Below are positions 22,622 to 32,604 of a DNA stretch of 64,000 bases, in pieces. The DNA lies in assembly GCA_050273025.1 (NCBI GenBank), contig CP158636.1, positions 12,710,001 through 12,774,000 of the forward strand. Direction: 5' to 3'. Within the stretch, counting starts at the first letter, position 1. Each line of letters opens with the position of its first letter. The notes below the pieces were generated by a model that was not told where the DNA came from, did no database searches, and saw nothing but the letters and a program-made list of their open reading frames with translations. The stretch comes from Cenococcum geophilum. Lineage: Eukaryota. The position numbers and the translations under genes are program-made.

Positions 22622-24280
22622 CTAAACATCCCACATGTCGGAATCAGCGTTATTCTCAGTGATATCCCGTTCACTAGCTTCAAAGTCGAGCTCCCCCATC
22701 GTAAAATCCGGCAACTCATTCGAGTCAGATCGCCGACGGCCTTTAATTTTCCATATAACATCATCGACCCTCTTCTCAATGAACCGTTCCATATTCTTTG
22801 CCACTGATTTTAGACTATTAGGCGGTATCATCCAACCGTCGGGTTGCTTCCCGTGAGAGGCACGGATTAAGATCGTGCTGTTCGAGTATGTTAAGTCAAG
22901 GAGGTTTAGATACTCACAACACCATTCGCAGCAAGCCTTCGACACGCCGATCTCGATTTTTTGTTTAGCGTTTGTCTGAGTACGGCGGTCAAGCATGTTT
23001 AGCGCAAGAGTGATTTCGCAGTGTTGAGTAAAATTTACTATCTTCTTCCCGACGGTTGGGTGTCCCGGCTGTGCCTTCTGATATACGTCCGTGACTTGAT
23101 CCCAATTCTCGATTGACTTAACTCCATCGGGGACAATTTGACCGCATCGTAGGTTAAGGACCTCAAGAGAACCCGAGATGACTTCAACAAGTTTCGCTAC
23201 TGGAGGTCGCACCTACTAGTGATTAGCTAAGGGATAAGGAGTATATATTAAGTTATTACCTGCTCAATAGTAATCTTCGCTTTACCAGCCTTCTTAAGAA
23301 GTAAGGGCATTTGCTTAATTATCCGCACATAATCACCGAGCTTGCTCAGATATCTAACTTGTTTTTCTTCCAACACCTTGTTGAGGTCGGCAATTGATGT
23401 AACAGACCATGAGAAATAAAGGATATTCCAGAAATACTTCACTTCAGAGGTTTTTATAACCTTTCCCACAACGCGCGTGAAACGATCGAGTGCATAGACA
23501 GTCGACACATTTTTACACCAGCCAGAATTCTTCAGCGCAGCCTCCAACTTTTGATGCGGTTCCTTAGTCTCATCAAATTGCCACAGATTCGATTCCTCTT
23601 GCCTTTGATTGTTCTGGCTCACACCGAATGAATTTGCCAACTTCTTGACTCGATGAAAAATCTTTTCTCTGCACATAGCAATAACCGTATTCAACAATTC
23701 ACGAGTCCCAGTGCCATTCTTTACGTTTTCAAGCAGCTCCTCGATATACCGGAGTTGGTTATTGTCGTCAACAGGCTGGTTTTTCGCCCATAGGAGTTTT
23801 AATTCATCTGCTGATCGCCAAGATGATGTCGCCGCCACATCTCCTTTCGGAGTAAAAACGAGTAGGAGCGCCAGGCCCTCGAGAACGGCTACATGGTCTT
23901 GGTCGCTCTTAGTTGCGTGTGACCAGGCTGATACGTCTCTGCTCGACCCGTAGTGGAATTGCACCTGAGAAAGTCCGTGGATATAATCTTCCGGAGGTCC
24001 CATCGGCTAGAATCTTCGTTATTGAACTGTAACTATGATCCATCAAGCGGCCTTTGGATTTGTTGAAACGTACCTGTAAAGAGAGGGGGCCAGGCGACGA
24101 CGAAGAAGAGGAGATCGCAGTTTCATCGAGAGTAGTGGGGGTGCCAGCTTGTCTGCGCTGGACGCTCCGTCCGCGCCAAACGTCCCGTCCGCGCCAAACG
24201 CCCCGTCCGCGCACGGGCGGACGAGGGCCCTCTCCCCGTCTCCAATCGCCAAGCCCAAGCCACCTGTCAGGCTTATGCAT
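22622..24280 (-). CDS. OTT_1508-like zinc-dependent deaminase-domain protein, ~514 aa; exons 24280-24074, 24006-23260, 23212-22622
   Basis: Three ORFs join in phase 0 through GTACGT..TAG (24007-24073) and GTAATA..GCTAAT..TAG (23213-23259) introns. The C-terminal HCE...IEIGVSKACCEWC...HGK..GW is the HxE/CxxC deaminase signature. Exon 1 is the least certain part. Confidence 0.75.
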
Positions 24281-24604
24281 GCGGGCTGGATGATGGTATT
24301 CGTAGGTGAGATTTGATTGGTAAATGTCCCCTGGGGTTAAGTGAAATTTTTATCAAGGGCTTGAGTGGCCGGAGTCCGAAGCCCGGAGAATAGCCGAAAG
24401 CTTAATACGAAATAGGGCCACCACTTCACCTTCGTCAGGCCTCACCTCGCCTTTCCGATCGCATACAACTGCTTAAGGGTAAGCAGTATAAAACCTCTCA
24501 ATTTGCGGCAGGAATTACTCCATTTAACAGATTTTGGTTGAACTGAGGGTAACAGAACTTTGAAGACGTCCACTAATTTGTTGGGTTCGCTCACGCGCAA
24601 TCTA

Positions 24605-26854
24605 TCCCATGCGCCGTTGAGAAAGGCGTACTCGTAAGCGAACCAACTAGAGTCTCTAGATTGAATCGAATCTTGGCGAAATAAAGCTATAGATTTAATC
24701 AACGAATTAAGGCTCCAAATCATTATAATAAAGCTCAAATTTGATATATAATTGACTCTATTATGTCCTAATTAGGCTAAGGTGTTCTTGCTAGCAAGGT
24801 CCTTCTTTATAGAGGGGTATATTGCATAGAGCACAGCCAAATTTAGTCCTTGGAGGACGACGTCATCTTACCCATTCCTTACTACCGCGAGGTTTCTGTA
24901 TTATGTTTACTAAAAGCTCCATAAAAGGCTTTATTTTTGCTTACTTATTTACACCTCTTCTACCTGCAGCACAAGCTACACAGCTTAGCTTCTTAGGAAA
25001 CAGCTAAACGGGCTCATGCCCGTGTTCCTCCGCAGGAGCCTTATAAATATCCTTATCCTCCATTATAGCAAACAGGCCGGGTGGTTTGGTAAGACGTTCA
25101 CTATGTTTAAATAAGGCACTGACAAGGTCTTCGCGGAAGGCTTTATAGGCACTACGGGTGGGCTAATGGCCAGGGACTAACTTAGTAGAGAGTTTATAGC
25201 AATTAGTAACAGTTATATTAAGAAGGAAGTAGTAGAGGGACTTCCACAACTTCAAGTGTGTCCTCTGTATGTTATAATATAACCTTAGTTAATCGGCTTA
25301 ATTAACGCCGCCTATAAAGTGGTTATATATATTAATAAACTGTGGTATCAAGAGCTCCTTTATAGCCTTGTTTCCGAAGATTTTACGCGTTTATTAGGCT
25401 CCAGATACTATAGTAGCAGGACATCGTCGCGTTTATTAAACCTTAACCCTACCTAGTAATATATAATGTCACCATCCGCAGAGCTTTGTTTTTAAATAGT
25501 AAACATACCTAAATTAACCGTACTTATAAAAAGCACTATATCGGCGTCTTTCCAGGCAAACTCCATAACAGAGCCATCCTTTAAAAGCCTCCCGTACAAC
25601 TTCCCCCATTTAATCTGCCCTAAATGTACTAATTTGAGATCTGCGAGCAACCGATTAATATACTTAGGAGGATCCTTTTTTAGGTGTGAAGCTGGCTCCG
25701 TTTGTTTAGCTTCCCATTCGCTAACTACCTTACGTCTTATTTTAGTCGTTTGTACGGTTCCTATAGCTCCAATTCCTTTCTCGCGAAGCTAATAAAGTAG
25801 CTTAACGCTTATGAAAAGGTTATCCAGCCATATAATATGCTTATTCTTATCAAAGTATCGTTTGCCATTAAGCTCCTGTAGCAGAAGGTCCAATACTACC
25901 ACCTACGTCTTAGAAAAGCCCTTATCCTTTATCCAATACTCGTCCAAATTAATAGGTCCCTTTTTATCACCTTTTATATACCAAAGCCAGTCTAATATAT
26001 AGCCCTAATTAGCTACAGCCCACACTTTAAAGCCTTCTAGTGTTGGTTTACTTAGAATATTAACTGTTTTAAAAGCTCGGCCGGTAAATTAAATAATTAT
26101 CTCATTAATGGCAAGGTAGGTTCTAGGCTTCTAATAGAGCCGAAAACGGTCACGTAGGGTATCGCTAAGTATAGCAATCTTATTAAAAGGAGACTCCTTC
26201 GTCTTGTTACCAGGAAGCTTTAGTATTAATACATAAAGCTTTAAATCAATCTACTACCACTAATCCTTACTTATATTCTCCCTTACTATAAAATAGTCAA
26301 CTCCCTTCTTGCGGGAGGTCGTCTAATATTCCTCAATATCTTTTTCTGGTGATAGGCCCATATAAATTGTCACTGCCAAGAATATAAGAAGCTCCCTTAA
26401 AGAGGTAGGCTTCCATTTTTAAGGCCTTATAACCCTCCTACTTTTATCCTTATATTCTCGGTAGGGGTAAAGCCTTATATACTCGTTTATATATACGGCA
26501 AGCTCTTTAAGTAAGTCGTCCGTCTATATAAGCCTAAATAATGTAAGAGGATTGGTAGGATTAACGTATAGTGGTAGATTTGGTGCGCCATTAGTATATA
26601 GAAAATTAATAGGAAACGGTATGAAATTAGGCAATAGCCAAGGCTCGGGTGGTGGAATTTTGGCTTTCTTATGCTTTGGAACAATATATTAATCAGGTTT
26701 AACAAGGTCTGCATCATTAGAAGTACGTTTACGGCCTATTATAGTAGTTTAATTAATATACAAAGCTATATAGATACTACGGCGGAGACGCGTATTAATG
26801 TTTTGGTGTTCGCGCACGGGCCTCTTTTGGAGTACGCCTTAACGGCGCATGGGA
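24605..26854 (-). mobile_element. Complete piggyBac-family transposon (2250 bp), RIP-mutated; transposase from 26739
   Basis: TIRs TCCCATGCGCCGTT(gaga)AAGGCGTACTC at 24605 and inverted ending 26854, with TA on each side. Transposase motifs KWKPTS*RELLIFLAVTIYMG, SKPTLEGFKVW, WLDNLF, GAIGTV. Confidence 0.9.
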
Positions 26855-27733
26855 TAAGTACTCTAATTTGCGGTAAGGCATTAACCTTTTAAATGAATTT
26901 CGGTTGACCTGAGGGCCACAAAACTTTAAAACAGTTAGCTAATTAATACCAAAGTCGGGTTTGCCACTAGATAAAATGCCCTCTTTGGACGTTTTAATGG
27001 AAGATATTATTATTAGATCTGATGGCGAAGAATTAGATAATGCCCATAGTTCTAAAGACAAGTTCGATGTCAACGACTAGCAAAGATTCGGCCTCGAACC
27101 CCGATAATAGGATGGATATGGATAATCCAAAAACGGTATGCTCTGGCTTAACTGAAAATAACTACGCTAAAATTTATAGTGTCCTAAGAAACAGGAACGA
27201 TGGATAGTAAATCGGAATACCGTCTTCTGGGCGAGCCAGCCATGTAGACGGCATCCAGGCGTTTCCGCACTCATCGAGTCCTTGTGGCCGAAAGTCTCAA
27301 CCGGGGACGAGTATGCCAACAACAACAATACCATTCGAATGATTGCATCCCTACGTGTCATCAGTGATGCCAATAATCATTAGGTTAGTTATCTAAACTA
27401 TAACTATATCGGTTATCCGATAATTATAATCGAAATCGAAGGCCTTAATTATATAGATTATATAGATTATATAAATATATATAGGAGTAGGTGGAGGAGG
27501 AAGGATAATGCGGGGCGGCCTTATATCTTGCGCGGGGCGCTTACCCTCGCTGGATATAAGCTCGCACCTTCACGCCGTGTCCAGTATCCTATCGGGGTAA
27601 GCGTTTACGTAATAGGGAGAGAGAAAAGGTAATCTCTTTTCTACTAACTAAATTATATAAATATAATTAAATTTTATTTAAATACCTTAATCACGAATGC
27701 TTAAGAATATATTTATTAATAACTTAAGATTAT

Positions 27734-28800
27734 TGTCGGTATACTCGCTTTATCAACGTGCACGAATATCACTTGTAGTGGTACGTATGCGGTATTGAAG
27801 TTGGTAGTTGATTGTTTTTATAAGAAAGGGGTTGCTCTAAGGTCAGACAGTTAGTCTCGCTTCGTAGTCTCGTAACTACATTACGTGATTAACGTTCCGA
27901 CACTGGAGCAACTCTAAAAAGAAGGCTAATCTACACTTTAAAGTTAAGTCTACTTCTAGACTATTTGTAGCGTATACGCAATAACTAGCTCTCCCGTCTA
28001 TAATACGCAATAGCTCCACCTTTAATCCTAGAGCGCGCCACCTGTTGGATTCTGCTATACCGTTAAACCAGCTAATTAGGATTTTCCATCCCCGGGATGG
28101 AAAATCGCTATTAGCTCGCCTACTACTAGCGCCTTAGTGGCTGGCTCTATATTGTATAAGTTCGTTATACCTACCAAATCTAAATCCGTTCGTTTAACCT
28201 ACCCTATAGCCCGTAATTCGACTTAATTCGTATCAATAAGCCATAATAGTGCCGTATAAGGCTTGCCTTTTGTTATAGCGTCCGCAGGGTTAGTATCTCC
28301 ATTAATCTACTTAACTTTAGTAATCTGTCTTTATTCGTAAGCTTAGTAAAGGCATATTATATTAATTATTAAGCGTTTCTCTTGCGTATTTCCTAGTCGG
28401 ACGAGATAGTCGTATAAGGACTTTAAGTTAGTGTAGAGAATAAGTAGTAAGTTAACCTGTAAGACCTTGTCTAGTATAGATTTAATTATAGCGCCTATAT
28501 TAAAACTATATGCTATACCGTACAGCTCTAAGGCTAATACACTTTTAGTAACTCTTTTGCACTTAATTAAGGACCAGTAAATAATATTTGCCTTATTTAA
28601 GGCGTCTGCTAATATAAATATATAGCCGATTTGCGAAGATAGGTCCTCATTATTGGCGAAGGAAGTATTTATAAATACTAGGAGTTATAAGGTATTGGCG
28701 TCTAGCTTAACGAACTTTAGGCCTTTATTTGCGTTCTTAATCTACTAGCTTAATCGCCTATTAAGACTCTTTATATTATCTTTAACTGGGTTAATTACCT
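27734..28800 (-). mobile_element. Copia/Ty1 3' end: RNase H (~28190-28800), 3' UTR and 3' LTR (27734-27902)
   Basis: SFANNEDLSSQIGY...CKRVTKSVLALELYG...KSLYDYLVRLGNTQEKRL...NPADAITK; LTR TGTCGG...CCGACA. Coding similarity stops abruptly at 28800. Confidence 0.87.
28063..28140 (-). promoter_or_regulatory. CCAAT-flanked 27-bp palindrome module, copy 1 (core 28080-28106)
   Basis: GATTTTCCATCCC-C-GGGATGGAAAATC with perfect 13-bp arms; about 80 bp aligns in reverse orientation to 50838-50916. Function inferred only. Confidence 0.6.
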
Positions 28801-29479
28801 CTATAGTCTTTAACGAAAACTCCCCTCACTAAGGTCCATTTCCGTCTTTAGACCTAAGCAGCCGCCGCTTTAACCTAAGCCGAGGGTGAGTAGCCCTAAG
28901 CACGCCCTGAGCACGTAAGGGGTGCCTGGTTCTGGGCCCTTGGGGCCTAAATTTGGGAATTGGCTAAAGATGCCTAATATTGCCTCAAACTAAAATTTCG
29001 GCTAAGACTGCTGCGGACTTAGCTACCCCTTAAAACCCGTTGCTAACGTATTTATGCTTACCCCTTATCCTAATAACTAACGACTTCAGCTTAACTTATG
29101 TTTAGCTTTAGATCTTAGGTTATTATGCCGCAATTATTATTATTAAGATTAATTGAAATAGCTATATTGTATAAAATGTTCCTTATTAAATATTGTTTTA
29201 TTCTTTTAAGTGTTTTAAGTAGCATTTCCGTGTTAACTTCTGGCTAATAACTATATAGTTTCCCCCTTTATATATACCGCTCACAACCGCAAAACCATAA
29301 GGCAATTAGCTAAAGGATTTGCACATATTCTTAAATAAACCTATAATATAAATGGCTAGAATAATTAGTTTAGGTAGGGCCTTTAAATGCTTTAGTAGTG
29401 GACCGGGGTATAGGTTAGAGAGGAGATCTAATGGACCCGCTTCACCTAGTATGAACTTAAATGCTCCTTAGTTAAACTG

Positions 29480-31660
29480 TGCGGTGTGGGCTTATAGAGG
29501 CATAGCTTAGCGAAGAGTAAACCAGATTGGATAGTGTTAGCTAGGTTTGGCCTAAGTTGCGCAGATTATTATGCGGATACGGCCTAATCTAGAGCAGAGG
29601 GGTTATATTAGTGGATCCCTACTATCTAGGCAAGTGGGGCGGGTATGGCTAATATAGATAAGATAGTACTAACCTTAACTAGTTGGTAGAGCGGTGTAGA
29701 TCTAAGGTGGGTATAGCTCTAAAGAGCGTAAGGGAGCTGTAGTAAGGGGAACAGTATTATATAGAGACGGCTTAATGTAGAATAAGGGGGTACTAACGGC
29801 GCCCGGATTGGACAAGTTTGGTATTTAAAAGTTAATTAAGTGGGGTAAATTTATGTAAGCACTAATGGCGGACGACGCTGGGGTCGGATTTAACGAATTA
29901 TGGCTCTTTTAGGCTGAACTACCCGCGCAAAGCCAAGGGGAATGGCTTAGTAATGTCCTTATATAGGTCTAACTAAGCGGAGCCGGCTTATATAGACGTG
30001 GCTTTAATTATAAATGTTAAGGTAGGATTAGACAGCTCTGGTCTCCGGAAGTTTATCCACTTAGGTAACTTTATATAAGCATACTGGATAAAACTACGGG
30101 AATCTGACTGGATTATATAGTGGCGGTACTTTTTAACCTAAGCAAGTAGGGTAAGATCCTATAAAGCGGAGAGCATCTAGGTGTTATTGGATGGTGCTAG
30201 CCTTTATAAAGTTAAGAGGATTAAGCTAATCTATGGTTTGGTAGAGCACAAGGGGCCTAGATTAGGTAGAATTTACGGATTAACTAAAAAGACCAAAGTT
30301 ATACGGAAACAGTACGGCGGATAAAGGGGCTTAAATTGGGTCGCGTAAGCTTTTACTAACTTATATATTTTTAAAAGATTAATGCGGAAATAGACTCAAA
30401 AAAGGAGTAAAGGCTTAGATTGGATAATACTGGCTGTTCTATATCGCCCTTATATAAAAGTATAGATTTATCTAATACTATAAGGGCAGGTTTTGGGCTT
30501 AAAGATTAAAAACTCCTATAGTAAGAGTATGCTGCCTAACCTTTAGCAATCCGGCTAGCTAGATAGCTGCTATAGGACTTATAAAAAGTGTATCTAGCGC
30601 TAATAACGCCGGCTACTTAATCTATATACTTTGGCGCTGTAATATATAAGGTTGTAACTAGACAGCTATATAAAATTAATCTCTTTAAAGACTGGCCGCC
30701 TGGTAGCGGAGGGCCTCTTTAGTATGTAGAATATCTAGCTAGGTTCTATAATTAAGATATACTAGACTAAGGGTGCCCTAGAATATATAGGAGCTTTAAT
30801 ATAAGGGCCAGATTGGACAGTTCTAGTTTCTAAAAGTTAGATTAAGTAAGTAGATTAATATAAACACGGTTAATAGAGGATAAAGAGGTTAGATTAGACA
30901 GTGATAGGCCCTCCTCTAAGTTAAGCGAGTGGTGTAGAATTATATAAGTACTATTAGGTAGAGAATATAGGGACTAGATTGGATAGTGCTGATCTCTATA
31001 TACTAAAAGAGAGTTATAATTTTATACGGAAGGATTAGGAATCTATAGGATAAGAAAGCTTACTAGTTTTAATATAAGTAATATAATTCCGCAGGCACTA
31101 GACTATTAGAGAGAATTAATATATATATATAGCCATTCCTATTAGCATTTATAAAGAATTCTATAGAGGAGTTAGTATAGAAAAATAACTTTATATAATA
31201 GGTTACGACTCTACTAAATTATCTATAGTATTATAGGCGTTCTTTTTACCAGGATTTTTTATATTAATTCTCAGCCTAAAGCTTTAAACTGTATCTAAAT
31301 AAATTTCTAATTAGCTAGTAAGCAAATGGGGCTACTACGCCAGCTTTATGCTGGATTGGTTTACCTTTGTAAAAACCGTGTCCTATATAATAATGCCGAA
31401 TTCTAGAGGGTCTACTTAACAGTCTTAAACTTAACCTACGCCGTACCGTTATTAGTTATAAAAGTATTGCCTTTATATACCGGACGGTAGGCGTCCTTTA
31501 AGGGAACTATTTCTAGACTTCTTAGTTTAAATAGACTTAGGAGTAGATTAGATAGTTAGATAGTACTCTCTCTATAGGCTTATTAAGGGGTATAAGTTTA
31601 TATAGAAGAATTTGGGAAACTAGGAGCTAGGTCACTTTAGATTCCCATAGGCATTGTACT
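29480..31660 (-). pseudogene. RIP-destroyed intron-containing gene with a C-terminal ~25-28-aa repeat array
   Basis: Coding-like frame KDAYRPVYKGN...TRFLQR, then a GT-AG intron (~31290-31365), then ...LVPAELYYLY. It runs into 74-85-bp repeats marked by GATTGGA(C/T)A on the + strand (e.g. 29806, 29887, 30026, 30111, 30185, 30260, 30418, 30811, 30892, 30977). Confidence 0.5.
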
Positions 31661-32604
31661 ATTATTAACTTATTTAGTCTATAGCGGTTAGTAGTTAGCA
31701 TATCTAGGATAACGGTTAAGATCCTACCGCCTTTACTAGTTAGGTGGCTAAGCACTTTATAGGAAGCTAAGTAGTAAGGAATTACTAAGAAAGCTTATAT
31801 ATGTATAAACCAAGCTATAAAAACTAAAGTAATTTTCCTATTACCTGGAAATATCCCTATAGTAATACCGGTGCGTACTATCTATGCTTTAACTAGGATT
31901 TTAAAATTAGTAGACGTATAAACTTTACTAATATCCTCTTGGCTATAACTTAGAGATCTTGCTAACTAGCTTAGCCCGTATAGATAGAGTTATATAATAT
32001 ACGTGCCTAAGCGTTTAGAGCTTCGGTCGCATCCTTCCTTATTAATATTGTACTTACTTTAAGTGCAATAACAATATAAATATACATCTTACCCCCTCCT
32101 TCTAATTAGTATGGCCTGCGGTTAAGTATAGCTACTAGCTTAGAGGTATAAGTAGAAGGTCTTAGTGCTAAAAGACTAAGGTATATATTCTTTACATTTA
32201 GTTATATCTTGCTAACCATTAATAGGAAAGCAGCCTTAAGGTATTAGGAAAGAAGGAGTATAATAGCCTTTCTATTAAAGCGCACGTATCTAAAAGATAC
32301 TATAACTTTAAAAAAGGAGCCTATCTAAGGATAGGCAGATACCTCTATAATTAAAAAACCGAAAGCGGCGGCGAGAAGTTAAAGACCTAGTTAATTATAT
32401 TCTGGCTAAACCCTTTATAAAGTAACCGCAAACGTCTCTTGTAGATGCTACTGTTAAGGGTATAATTAGCTAAGAAGTAGTAAGTATTATTAGTAACACG
32501 CAGATTAATCTAATTAATTATTAGAGGAAGGAAGGAACTTGGCCTAAAGAATACTTTAAAAAGTATAATAATATAGAACATCTACTTGCGAGGAAGAAAT
32601 TATT

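Noticed and set aside
24442..24738. 98-aa ORF upstream of the deaminase gene
   Set aside because: It crosses the piggyBac terminus at 24605, so it is a junction artefact.
26950..27400. Small patch of normal composition with a 68-aa ORF
   Set aside because: No recognisable domain or splice structure; probably unique intergenic DNA displaced by the piggyBac insertion.
28801..29480. Possible Starship captain (DUF3435) at the left boundary
   Set aside because: No tyrosine-recombinase-like translation found by eye; it looks non-coding.
29500..31000. CRISPR-like spacing of a short conserved motif
   Set aside because: Eukaryotic context, the intervening segments resemble each other, and there are no cas genes.
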